This document shows positions 1-12,560 of a stretch of DNA of 64,000 bases, piece after piece. Below the pieces are notes generated by a model. It ran no database searches. It saw only the letters and a program-made list of their open reading frames with translations, and was not told the origin of the DNA. This stretch comes from Bugula neritina. Its lineage: Eukaryota; Animalia; Bryozoa. Within the stretch, counting starts at the first letter, position 1. Every line of letters begins with the position of its first letter. Location of the stretch: positions 14,622,642 through 14,686,641 of the forward strand of contig OZ037770.1 of the NCBI GenBank assembly GCA_964035545.1, read 5' to 3'. The position numbers and the translations under genes were made by a program.

Positions 1-442
1 TTCTAACGTCATACAATATATATTATGAATAAAAAGTGTAATGTTAATTTTATTCATATATTTTGTTTTATTGTTTTATATTTTGTTTTAATGCTATGTA
101 TAGGCTTTCTGAGGTGAAGCTATTAAAAGTAGTAGAGTAGCTAATAGCTAGTATTTCTAGTGAACTAGAAGCATTCTCTCTACCGTTCATCATACCATAT
201 ATCTAATACAATACAATATAATATAATATATTATATTGTATTATATTATATTATATATAATATAACATTATATAATGTATTATATTGTAATATATTATAT
301 TATATTGTATTATATTATATAATATACAATATAATATAATATTTAATATATTAATTAGTATAACGTAACATAGCATCATATACTATGGCATATAGTCTAT
401 TTAATGTAGTATAGAATTATTATTATTCTAATTCACCATTAG

Positions 443-3400
443 GCCACCATTACTCTGGCTACCAGAACTACAGTAAGGAAGACCTTCTTGCTAGAGACCA
501 AGAGTACATGTCCGTCTTAAATCACAACCTGAATCATGAATCCGTTCAGGAAGTTCATCTCTTTTACAGAAGTACTGAATCCTTGCAGGTATTTTTTCTG
601 CGAGTCACTCCGAGTTTGCGTCACAGCTGAGCGAGTTTGTATTACAACTTAGCGAGTTTGTGTTACAACTTAGCAAGTGTGTTACAGCTGAGCAAGTTTG
701 TATCACAACATAGCAAGTTTGTATCACAACATAGCAAGTTTGTATTGCAACATAGCGAGTTTGTATTACAACATATTAAGTTTGTATTACAGCTGAGCGA
801 GTTTGTATTACAACATAGCAAGTTTGTATTGCAACATAGCGAGTTTGTATTACAACATGTCAAGTTTGTATTACAGCTGAGCGAGTTTGTATTACAGCTG
901 AGCAAGTTTGTATTACAACATAGCGAGTTTGTGTCCCAACTTAGATTCTAGTACAATTTGGTGAGATTTTATTCTACATGGTACTAAATTATCATATACT
1001 AGTAGTTGAACCTCAGCAAGGCAGTTGCAACTAAAAGGTTGCCCTTATCTGTCCACTTGATGAGTTTCTAGTACGAGTTATCTGTGAGTAGAATATTACA
1101 AGCGCTAAAATATAGCCTATAGTAATATGTCATTGCCTGCAATTATGGCAGTTAAATAAAGTTTAGTAAAAGTAGTATAACAGTAAAATTATAGATATTT
1201 AAAATGCTTGTATGCTAACCATTTTACAAATTGTCCCTGTTGACGGTGTATGTTAATTATTAAACAATGGGCGTTCCATGCTAATTTAAGAATTTCAAGC
1301 ATTTTCTACAATTATTAGTGTATTTTGTTAATATAAGCTGACATAATTTCACTGGGCATTGAACTAATTGAACAAAAGACCTCAGTTTTGTGGTAGAGTT
1401 TGGTAGTTTATTTTTGGTTCTTATTAAATTAAATACAACTCTATATTAATTACAAACAATTTTGAAGTATCATTCTTTCCTTAGTATAATAATATATTTT
1501 AGATTGTGCAAAATCAAAACTATACTCAAAAGAAGAAACTGGTATTCATTCAAAAAGAAAGCGGAATGAACATGTCGGACTTCTTTTTATATTCTTCGAG
1601 GAATTTAATAGACAAGCCAGTGATTGCTCTCAATGGGGACATAAGTTAGTTGTTACCTATTTGTATGGCGGATGAATCTATCCTGATAGATAGGAAAACA
1701 TTTATGAAGAATGTGGAAATATGAATCTTTATAAAGCATGGTGTAGCGTTACTTATCTAATTAACGAAAATAGAGTGATATGATATAGTAGCACACATAT
1801 TTGCATCACCTAGTTTCTGCTAATAAGTGTTATTGGTTTTTTTAATTATCAATTATTTAATAATTAGTCAATTCTGTTAATAGCTGCCTAATAAAAGATA
1901 TGAATCCTGCTGCACATTGCTAATAGTTTAATATTAGTGCTAAAGTTATATAGCGGTAAGAAATTGTTACAAATATTTGCCATATTTGTTGGCCAATATT
2001 TGAGTATATATAGTAGATCTGGGTCAAATAAGTGGTATACCTTTTGTTACATTTGGTTGCCAGCATACCAAAAACATATGCTAGTTTGAAATTTTGAAAA
2101 ATCAAAAAATATATTAGCAATCATATTTAAAAACTGTTTTCAGCTGTTTCTAACATAAAATACTTGTTTCAAAATTTAGCACTATAATTTTTGAGTTGAA
2201 GGAAGCAAAATCAATTGACCTATCATAAGATGCTTTATCCCTTGCAGTGTTGGGAGAAGGATTTCATAGAATAAACACTGAGAAGATGAGAGATGAGAAA
2301 GTTATGTACTCTCTAAGCAGATATAACCTTATAGAAGCTGGTTTACCCTGCGAACCAAAACACATGCGTTTACCTAAAGGCTATCTAGGTAAGTGAATTA
2401 TAGACTTTTACGATCTGAAAAATTCTCTCACTTCTGAAGGTTGTTTAACATCACAAATTAAATAGATAATGTTTCTTTTCAAAGCCAATTTGTTTTAAAA
2501 AAAGAAAATGAATTTAGCTAGGGATTGTTACTGTTAATTTAAATATAAAGGATAGACAGCTCCTATAAAAACGTCACGCAAGTTTGAAGTTACCATCTCT
2601 GTTAGAGACCCCTGATGGAAAGCACTTATTCATATGTGGCACAAAAGCAATTATGACTAAATGCTTTTCCTAACATCACCAATGCCCTTTACTGGGGTTG
2701 GAACCTATGACTTTGTGTTTACTAAGCAAACACTCTAATCTCTAGCTCCTGTAGACAATTTCTTTAATGCTGGTAAATACTTATCTGTATTTTTTTCTCT
2801 CCGCTTTGTCTTGTTCGGGTAGCAAAAAATACCTATCTATATCTCTTGTTTGTATTAGATAATGAGTATAAGTGCTGATACTTCAGCATACTTGGCCTGC
2901 ATTTTTAACTCATATATAGGGCAGTAGGCATGAGAGTATTTTTAAGTAGTAAAACTTCTTTTTATTTTGTTTGAAATCAGATGCATTCCAAGAGTTGGTC
3001 ATGTCTTGACAAACTGCTGTTGTTTTGGCCAATAGCTGTGTTTCAGCTAGTTCTCAACCAATCAGTGACCTTTGAAAATGCCCCATCAACATATTTCTAA
3101 ACCACTTGTTGAAAAAAACTACTTACTTTTATCCTTTATGTGATAAAGTATGTTATTTCTTTACAAGGCTCATTGTAAAATGGGGTTAGCTAAGTTCTAA
3201 GCTAAGGTGATCGTTTCTTTGATCTCATTGCATGGTATTTGTGAGAAGCAAAGACTGCTGCTTTAGGCTCTATAACAACCAGGTCTCTATTATCAAACAT
3301 CCACTTTTAAAGCAGTTGAATATACGACACAGGATGTTTAAGTAGAGACAAATCTCGAATCAAAGTTTTATTTCAAATAATTAAACTGCAAAGCCCTTAG

Positions 3401-4328
3401 GAAATCATAGGATAACTCGTTTCAACTAATAACTGAATTAGTTCAGATGCAAGACAACTCTTACTTAGTATAGGTCAGGTGTAAGACAACTCTTACACAA
3501 AGTATAGGTCAGTGTAAATAAAACAACTGCTACCTAGATGAAGGAAAATGTTTATAAATTCAATAAACAAATTAAGGTAAAGTCTTTGCTTCATGATATC
3601 TTTTATTTTATATTTTTATTAGTTTCTCACGACACCCATATCTTTAGACTGGCAGAGCCACTAAATGAAACTTTAATATTAGATAAACTAGACTATCCGA
3701 TCAACATGTGGGGAGCTGAAAATGGTGAGACAAATCTTACATAATAATACATAAATTTCAATACTTGTTACAGTATGTGATCAATTGACTAACTTATAAT
3801 AGTGGGGAGGAAAACAACATTTGCTAGCTATAAATTCTTGCCTTCCATTTGCTATAAATTTATCATATTGCAGCTTGCTTCATTAGTGACTCAATTAACT
3901 TACCCAGGTAAATATATAATAGGTCAGATTAAAAACATACGTAATGTGTGTATACGTAGGTCAGAGTAAATACTACACAATGTGTATATATATAGGTCAA
4001 AGTAAATTATACAATGTGTATATAGGTCAGAGTGCTTTGATTTTTTAGCTAATACAATTAAATGGCTATAAATGATTTTACCTTTTATTACCTTCCACTT
4101 GTAGCCATGATTTGGACATTTAAATACACACTTAAGTGGACTGTTAGAAATCCATGCAAAGTTTTATCAACATATCACAAACATTGCTCCAGTGTGCATG
4201 GGCCGAGTCTAAAGGACATTGGGAAGAGCAAGTACTCCATACTATACTTACCCGGTAAAAACTGGACTCACACTCATTTCCGTCAGAGTATAGTTCGGTA
4301 CGAGGATGAATTAGCTTATGGTCCATAA
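443..4328 (+). CDS. Putative glycosyltransferase-like protein, paralogue 1 (5' exons lie upstream of the window)
   Basis: Exons 443-588, 1503-1644, 2248-2388, 3623-3724, 4105-4328; GT-AG introns, phases consistent. Motifs ARDQEY..LNHNL..VQEVHLFY, ALNGDI, YSLSRY, SHDTHIF, PINMWGAEN, VRNPCKVL.TYHKHCS. Internal exon sizes (146,142,141,102) are identical to paralogues 2 and 3. Confidence 0.85.
620..945. repeat. 21-bp minisatellite (gcgagtttgtattacaacata-like), ~15 copies, intronic
   Basis: Visible tandem unit; explains the spurious ORFs 637..951 and 663..905. Confidence 0.9.
2605..2755 (-). mobile_element. tRNA-derived SINE-like family B copy
   Basis: Shares gagacccctgatggaaag...caattatgact..atgct..tcctaacatcacca...ggttggaacc.atgac with 17058-17245, 52182-52360 and, in the opposite orientation, 61393-61510; B-box-like ggttcga. 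Confidence 0.7.
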
Positions 4329-4364
4329 GATGATATGTTGTAAAATAATTCTCTATGAAATAGT

Positions 4365-4680
4365 ACCTATGTACCTATCCCTTGGTCGGGACGACCGTTG
4401 AGGCACCACAATGTGGTGTGTCTTGGGCAAGTAAGCTTGGCGGCGACCATCCCTCTCCAAGTTTCGCAATAGGATGCTAGTAATCCTGACTTAAAGCCAA
4501 CTGCTGACTCTTAAGAGTTCTTCCATTTGCCGTAGTGGTACCAAGCCCTTGACCCCAAGGGTTCTTCCGCCAAGGTGACCGTTCAATGCCTTGTTGCCGA
4601 CATCTTCACCGTAACCCTGGCAGGGGAGCTAGTGAGGTTCTGACCTTGCTCAAGGGTATCCCAGGGTGCAGTTTAACCCG
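4365..4680 (-). mobile_element. Short non-LTR (RTE-like) retroposon insertion with 11-bp target-site duplication
   Basis: GC-rich island flanked by the direct repeat tatgaaatagt (4354-4364, 4681-4691). The minus-strand 3' end gtggtgcctcaacggtc...agggataggtacataggt has a short tandem tail resembling RTE-clade 3' ends (clade assignment from memory). Confidence 0.7.
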
Positions 4681-5865
4681 TATGAAATAGTGGCACAAAA
4701 TAAATCTCACTATAACGTTATTCAATATGGGGGTATGCCATGAGCCCGAACATTTCAGTTGTTGAACTTAGGTGAATCTGTTAAATTGCTTTACATCACT
4801 ATTTTTTTAGGTGCAGAGTTGTAGCTTGTGTATGCTATAATTCTCAGTCTTGTTTTAAAATGTGATATATTTGTACTTAATAGTTAGACAATCTATCCTG
4901 TTAGAAAGTTTTTCTAGAACTTAGGCTCTTTGAAATAAGCTGCGATCGTTTATCTCACCAACTTTGTTCTGGTGACCAAGGTGAAAAAAAAACATTTTTA
5001 TGTATAAATTAAATTTTATATCCTTTTGACTTTGTGGGATGAAATGCAATTGGTCCACAACCATACTGTTAATTATCTGAGGTCTTTTTATGGTAAATGA
5101 TTGAAATATATTATCATGAAATGAAATAATTATTTTATACGTATTTACAAGAATTTTACAAGAGAAAACATACTTTTGTGACAGTTTGAATAAAAGAAAC
5201 GTAGCTATTGATTACCATGGCAACCAAGTGGGATGTGGATCTCTAAATCATTATAGCATTTTGTTTACTATAATATAGTATTTCTAGTTGGTGATATATA
5301 CTTTAACAGAAAAGCCACCCTGTAATTTGCTGAGCTAGTATATTTTGTTGTTCGTATATATTATTAAGTTGCTGATATTATAATTGACTTGACTGTCACT
5401 GTGATAAATATTGGTATAACTATATATAATAACACGGTAGTCCAAAAAGAGGCTATATCTCCGTGTTATTAAAAGCTGCGTGCAAGAAGTCTATCAGTTC
5501 ACAATACTTTGTACAGCCTTTTAGCTTCTCAACACATTACTTGATATCTGAGCTAAAATCAACAAGGGAAGCTTTGGTAAGTTTTCATTACGATACCTAT
5601 TTTTATGCACATTTTGAATTGGTTTTCAGTAAAATGGATAACTGTAGATAATATTGCAACTCTATGAAGTAACACTGTAATTTAATTGTAAAAATTGTAA
5701 TTCAATATAGTTTAATAGTGCAATTTTATATTAATAAAATATTGTAACTAAATAAGATAATATTGTAAAGAATAATATAATACTGTAATTCAATATTATA
5801 ATATTGTAAATTATTTTTATAATACTGTAACTTATTAATATAATGTTACTGTGATTTAATAGATA

Positions 5866-8800
5866 ATGAAGAAGGCAGTTAACCTCTTGGCTGTATTATC
5901 CAGTGTGTTGATACACTTCACAGAGTCTGGGAACAATCAGAGGTGCTGTATTCTATGTAATGCCCCACCCATTCTATGCTCATAGACCAATGGCTAAATA
6001 ACGTGTTGAATCTAATATAAACATAATTAATGAATTATCCAAATTCCTCCCTCTCCCCTGTGTAGTTTATCAGTCTTATTGATGAAACTTTTGCCCCCAC
6101 AGAGATTTCAACTCTAGACTTCTGGCTTGCAAACCTAGCATATGCTAACCATTACACCACAGGAACTACACGATTCCCAACATCATATAATATTGTAGTT
6201 ACTTTTAAGACCAGTCTCTCTCTTTTTAAATAATATGTAGCTTTCTTTATCTTTGAAAATAAAGTTGATTTTTAGATTTTTGATCCCTTGCATACCTTTA
6301 CTTGAATCATTGATTTCCATTATTTAGACTTGACACTTTGGTTTCCTTTGGACAGCTTCAAGAACTTAAGCTAAGAAGTAGCTTTTCATTTGAGACAATA
6401 GAAGATATCGAACCAGACCAGCTTCAACCTGGTGGAATTCTGGTAGCCACTTCCAATACTATAATCCAAATCTCACCCAATCTCCTCACAAATGTGATAG
6501 CAGGTGGTAACTATAGAAGATAAAAATGTTCTCACTTTACATGTAACATATTATCATCTAAATTTTTAACTTTTGTTTCATGTAAAACGCAAAGTACAGC
6601 GCTCCCTCCATTTCTCACGAAGTTTCATAGGTCACAATTAGAAGAGCTTGGTACGTCGTTTTGTAGCTTATGCATGTGTGGCAATTATGCAATATGACTG
6701 GATTTAACAGATCCGTGAATTAAATCTGGTATTTTACTATGTCACAACTTAAGGTTTCGGGACCCACAGCTTAGTGAGATATGGAAAAAGCACTGTATCC
6801 AGAAAAAAACATTCTCAATTCCAAAACAGTATTTAAACCAGCTAGTTTGTTATTGCTATTTGTTAACAATGCTTTTCTGTTTAAAACACTTTATCAATTT
6901 GAAATAATCGGAAAATAAAAAGTAAAACAGTTTCTAGATAATAGTTTTTACTTGTTAACCATACCGTAGTTTTATTTCAACACTACACATTCAAGGCTGA
7001 CATCTTTTATTGGTAGATTCGAACCTCTCGACGGTGACTGATATAGAGCAAATCAACAATGGCTCAGACATCATTGTGGCAGACTTTGCTGAGTTTTGTA
7101 TTACCAAAGTTGATAGAAAGAAAAATACTATAACTGAGTTTGCTGGAATATGTGGGAAGTCGATGGAACCTGTTAATACAGAAGATTCTGGTCTCAATAA
7201 ACCAGAGAAACTGTTGTACATAGCAGAAGAAAACGTCATGTTTTACATTCTTTTTTCTAAGAAAATCCTCAAACATGATTTAACCAATAGTAAGTTTAAG
7301 GTTTTCTCATAGTAAGTCTTAAATAAATATTATATATTATATATTATATATTATATTATGTATTAAATTAGTATTATACTATACAAATAACATCAAATAA
7401 TAACATTGTAATAGCAAACACAATTTATAATTTTAACTTTATTGGCTAATAGGAGTAGATTCCGATTGATAATATTTTAGATGCAACTGTTTTAGATAAG
7501 ATTACAGTCATGTACTACGACAAGGAGGTGTTTAGTGATGCCTATGCAGCTCTGATGGACAGTCAAAATAGGTTCTTGTATGTGAGTCATACTGGAGGCA
7601 TTTCTAAAATAGACACTAAAGCCTCAGTTTGGACTCTACAATTGGTTGCCGGTACAAATCTGAATTCAAGCAATTTTCAGAGCTCACAATCGAAGGACGG
7701 GCCGTTGATGACGGCAAGGTTTGGTGGTGAGTGGTTGTCCAGTTGTTAATTTGTATTCTTGACCATTGCTAATTACATACAATGCTAAAATGTTGAAATT
7801 AACCATTAGCTGTAAAATAATTGCCCTCACAAGGATTCGAACCACAGACCTCTGGCCTACAAGCAGACGCGCTAACCAATTACACCACAGGGGCTGCAAG
7901 GTAAACTCAACACTACAGTAGCCTCTGTGGAACAATATGGCTAGTGCACCAGTTTTTTCAAGCCGAAGTTCTGTGGGTTCGATTTCAAATGGTGACAATT
8001 ATTTTACAACTGTGTGCTTAGTTTCTGTCTAAATAAATATTGATTAATTTCTACTCAATGTACATATAAAATAAAAGCTATATAATACTATAAAACACAA
8101 AAGATTTTGCAGAAATTCCAAATGCGATGACGTGGCTGATCAAAGATCAGGTGTTACTTGTGAGTGAGCGTGGCCGAGCGTTGCGGATAGTCAACCTTGA
8201 GGATGGCGTAGTATCCACCATCTGTAAACGTACGTGTTTTCAGGGTTTTTCTTTAATTGGTAAATCGTTTATTGAAATACTCATTAAAATAACAGGCTGA
8301 GCATGAGCATTATATATAACACAGCTGTTGTTTAAATTAATACATAAACTTTGTGAGGACATACTCTTAGAGTCCCCTAGTCTAAAAGCTAAATTTATGA
8401 GCTATATTAGGAGTTATCTTTTCTGTTCTCGATCTTTAAAACATTTGCTGTAATAACTAACTGCAGCCTTTCAATTTTTTGCTTGCTACAAAAGATATCC
8501 TGATGAAAACTCTAAATGAATCAAATTTTATACCTGGCTACTTACAAGCTACTGAATGATCGTCTTTATATTTAGTATAAAGTAGAAATATAAGCCACGT
8601 AATTGAATTATTGCATCTTGATTTGTATATTGTATTGATTTCATATATTTAGATAGAGTTCCGATTAGCAATTTTATCTAATAATAATTTTTCAAACAGA
8701 TGTTGAATCTTTAATTATTCTAAAGTCTTACAAAAAAAACTCAAACCATCAACACAATCACTTTTGCTATTCAATTACAGGCCAAAAGTCTGAGCAAACC

Positions 8801-11607
8801 AGTTTTATAACAGGGAATATGGCAAAGTGCCAAGTGAATGCACCAGTTTCAGTAAAAGCCATAGATGGTGTAGTGTATATCGGTGATTTTTATGGTAAAC
8901 CGGCCAAGTTAAATGGGCGGATCTTAACACTCTCTTATAGTAAGTGCTTTTGATTATTTTACTAAACATTCACTTACACCAGATGGCATCTAGCGTAAAC
9001 ATGAGCTACTTCGAATAGTTTTATTGCAACTAGTTTGAAGTCAGTTTTTCTTTATCGTACTCATTTTGCCAACAAAAGAATTCTGCTACAATAAATTCTA
9101 CTACTTCTGCTAATCTGTATAATTTTTTAGAACTATCATTTTGCATTAGTATTCATAGAATTTTATGACAGCCTTCATAAGGAGGAAGCATTAGGTTTCA
9201 TTTTTACCCATTGCACTGCATACTTTTAATGTCCATAAATTTCACCAGAAAAAATACTGAAATTGCGCATATAATATCTAATAAACCATATATGGTTTAT
9301 TAGATATTATATGCGCAATTTCAGTATTAGTCAATATCTTACCATATTGTAAATAATTCAATATGATAAGAGTGCATCTCTCATTTTTAACTGTGTAAAA
9401 GGCTACTCTTGGAAATCTTTCATTCGACTTGTTTTAAGGTCAACCCAAGTGTTACCCTCCTGAAGTTAAGGATCTTAAGAATATCTTGAGTTTCACTCCA
9501 AACAAGAATGAATACATAAACAAAGACTCCATTGAGTTCAGATGTGAAAACGATTATGATGTCAACAGCAGCTATGATACTGTGACGTGTGTAAGAGCTC
9601 TGTTTGATAATGGAACAGTGTACGGTGTCTGGGATAAACCTATGCCTGTTTGCAAAGTGAGTACTCACTCACTCACTCACTCACTCACTCACTCACTCGC
9701 TCGCTCACTCACTCGCTCGCTCACTCACTCGCTCGCTCACTCACTCACTCACTCACTTACTCACTCACTCACTCACTCACTCACTCACTCACAAAACATC
9801 TGCCTGCTTGCATTGAGGTAGATGAAGTAGGGAGGAAATTGCGAAAAGCCTGTGTGCTAGATTAGAAATGTGGCAAAAGAAGTTATGTTCTCACAAAAAT
9901 TTCAACTAGAATTTATAGATTTTTTTTAAAGAACTTAGGCTATCTCAATTTCTCCACTGCTGCTCCTAAATTGTGAGTACAGCAAATATTCTCGTCTAGC
10001 AATTATTCATTATAACTAAAATGAAGATAAATTTTTGAAAATTGAAATTGTTTTAAAAACCTTCAAATTTAAAATTACTTATCAGTATCAAAATAAAACA
10101 ACTAATTGGTATTTGTCATTTAATTTAGGTTCTTAAGCAATCTTTACAATGATTGCTGATGAGGTAATTAGAAAGTTGTACTGTAGCACAGAAAGGGTGT
10201 CTGGTAAAAATGACAGATAAAAAGGGCACAAGTAATGGCACAGGTAATAATGGCACAGGTAATAATGGCACAAATAGCAAATTAGGTAAAATTGGCACAT
10301 TTTCAATATTAGGGTTATTGGGGTTTGAGCTGGGGGTTGAGGGTTCAGAATGAAGGTTTAGGTTTGGAGATGGGGTTTGGGTTTGGGGGTTGGGAAAATC
10401 CAACATCAGTGTATCCTTTTTATCTACTTTTCTATTTGTGGCACTATTACCTGTGCCATTAAATTACCTGTGCTAAAATTCAACTAAAGCTAATTTTATA
10501 TAAAAATGCACAATTGAACAAAAGTTTCTGCACCAATATTTGTTATGTTTATATATAGGTAGCTGTAAATAAGAAAAGCATGCACAAGACTGATGTAACC
10601 CACTCAAACAAAATAAATATTTTTGGTCTTGAGCTAGGCAAGTATTTTCTGATAATTATTTCATATTTATATTATATTACATGCTAAAAGTTATTAATTA
10701 TCATTAATTATGTTATATTTGTCATAATTTTAATGCATTGCCACAGAACTAACTAAATTAACTGTGCGATGAACAACAGTGGCTATTTCACATATTACAT
10801 GTGTGCTGAAATGTTGTTAGCAAACATTTCCGATGTGATATATAGTACTGTAAGCATATGAGTAGCTAATGGAGGTTTACTTGTAGAGCCTGTAATGGTG
10901 ATAGTGTCTTCGGTGGTAGGAACACTTATCCACATAGCAGCTGTCGCGGCATTTATTCTCTATAGACGACGACATAGGAAAAATAAGCAGCTTATACCTG
11001 GTTTGTTTATGTGTAAATCTGTGTGTGTGTGTGTGTGAGCCTGTGCGTGTGTTTGTGTGTGTGTGTGTGTGCTTGTGCTTGTGCTTGTGCGTGTGCGTGT
11101 GTGTGTGAGTGTGTATGTGTGTGTATGTGCGTGTGTGTGCGCGCATGTGTGTGTATGTGCGTGCATTTGTGTGTGTGTGTGTGCGTGTGTGTGCGTGCGT
11201 TTGTGCGTGTGTTTGTGTGTGTCATATGCCTATACTATATTATATTATATTATATCTAGCTTATCATTCTGTATATATTTATACACAAATAATATTTATG
11301 TCATATGCTGAAAATATTATAATTAATATGTAATTTGTTATGTAGGCAGTCATTCATTATAGCATTATGTTTGTAAATATTTGTCTGCAGTAGTTATGGA
11401 CAAATGAATTATAGGTCGTAAAGAACAAATTTTATATTTTAATTAATCAAACATTTTATTATCTATTAATGCACTTATATATACCTTACATCCATTATTA
11501 CAGCTTAACACATTTATGTTTCAGGTGGGGGCAACTCTAGTTCAGGGATGAAGCAACCCGTTCAGATGGGATCACTAAAATTTAAAGACCTTTTGAACAA
11601 AGCATAA
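5866..11607 (+). CDS. Type I membrane protein: signal peptide, NHL-like beta-propeller, one sushi/CCP domain, TM helix, short tail (~514 aa)
   Basis: Exons 5866-5942, 6328-6506, 7017-7289, 7481-7726, 8113-8229, 8781-8939, 9439-9656, 10559-10637, 10887-11000, 11525-11607; all phases join. N-terminus [21 protein letters not shown]; NHL-like [24 protein letters not shown] and [15 protein letters not shown]; sushi [22 protein letters not shown]; [26 protein letters not shown] followed by RRRHRK. Confidence 0.75.
6095..6170 (-). mobile_element. tRNA-derived SINE-like family A copy
   Basis: gacttctggcttgcaa...gctaaccattacaccacagg matches the other family A copies. Confidence 0.6.
6597..6795. mobile_element. 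Tc1/mariner-type MITE
   Basis: Imperfect ~26-bp terminal inverted repeats (cagcgctccctccatttctcacgaag / cttagtgagatatggaaaaagcactg) flanked by TA on both sides. Confidence 0.6.
7808..8011. mobile_element. Palindromic head-to-head pair of tRNA-like (family A) units
   Basis: Minus-strand tRNA-like arm 7826-7897, spacer gtaaactcaacactaca, plus-strand arm 7917-7998. The outer ends are inverted (agctgtaaaataattg / caattattttacaact). Confidence 0.7.
9253..9328. repeat. Perfect 76-bp palindrome (2 x 38 bp, no spacer)
   Basis: aatactgaaattgcgcatataatatctaataaaccata|tatggtttattagatattatatgcgcaatttcagtatt. Confidence 0.95.
9664..9791. repeat. (CACT)n microsatellite
   Basis: Direct reading; begins just after the sushi-exon donor. 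Confidence 0.95.
9816..9967. mobile_element. ~155-bp MITE family C copy
   Basis: Family TIR consensus aggtgcagtartggagaaattgaga / tctcaatttctccactactgcacct; five copies in the window. Confidence 0.75.
10198..10480. mobile_element. Foldback-like element with inverted subterminal repeats and a G-rich core
   Basis: Repeats ggtaataatggcaca on the left and ttacctgtgcca on the right; central (ggg(g)ttt/tta)n tract at ~10308-10394. Confidence 0.5.
11020..11222. repeat. (TG)n-type microsatellite
   Basis: Direct reading; source of the HTHT/CVCV ORFs. Confidence 0.95.
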
Positions 11608-12051
11608 AAATATTTATTTAATTTTGTTATTGAAATGATCAGCACAACAACTGCGCAGATAAACTATTGTGAAAATATTATATAAATTACATCATTATGC
11701 TTGATTTTAATATCATATTGTTATAAAATTGAAAAATATTAGATGGAATTTACTAACAATCTTTTGAGAAGCTTGTCATGCGTATTTTTAGTTTATTTGA
11801 CAAACAAAGAATTGAGGCATAGCAAAAGAATATTAAGATTTCGGAAAGATTAAATGTTATATAATTGATTTAATTAAAGTGAGAACTAAGTAATAATAGT
11901 ATCCGTGAATTATTTAACTTCCCCATAATATAGCTTGGAGTTATTTTCTTTCAATTGATAAAACATTTAAAAGAAAAATAATTACCTTACTCAGTGCAAA
12001 AGTTAAGGTAATTTTGGAAATTAACCTTAATTTTAGGGTAAGTTGATATGG

Positions 12052-12560
12052 TCAGTATATAATCAGTATATAGTCAGTATACAGTCAGTATATAGTCAGT
12101 ATATAGTCAGTATACAGTCAGTATACAGTCAGTATACAGTCAGTATATAGTCAGTATATAGTCAGTATACAGTCAGTATACAGTCAGTATACAGTCAGTA
12201 TATAGTCAGTATACAGTCAGTATACAGTCAGTATATAGTCAGTATACAGTCAGTATACAGTCAGTATATAGTCAGTATATAGTCAGTATACAGTCAGTGT
12301 ATAGTCAGTATATAGTCAGTATATAGTCAGTATGTAGTCAGTATGTAGTCAGTATACAGTCAGTATACAGTCAGTATATAGTCAGTATATAGTCAGTATA
12401 TAGTCAGTATATAGTCAGTATACAGTCAGTGTATAGTCAGTATATAGTCAGTATACAGTCAGTATATAGTCAGTATATAGTCAGTATATAGTCAGTATAT
12501 AGTCAGTATACAGTCAGTATGTAGTCAGTATATAGTCAGTATACAGTCAGTATGTAGTCA
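12052..12560. repeat. 11-bp minisatellite (cagtatayagt)n, ~46 copies
   Basis: Direct reading. Confidence 0.95.

Noticed and set aside
6996-7016. Premature TGA in the NHL-sushi gene
   Set aside because: It disappears if the acceptor at 7016 is used; the ctgac there fits a branch point.
10877-11333. HTHT/CVCV ORFs (also 9650-9865, 13841-14047, 53479-53733, 56612-56930, 61859-62166)
   Set aside because: Translations of microsatellites, not genes.
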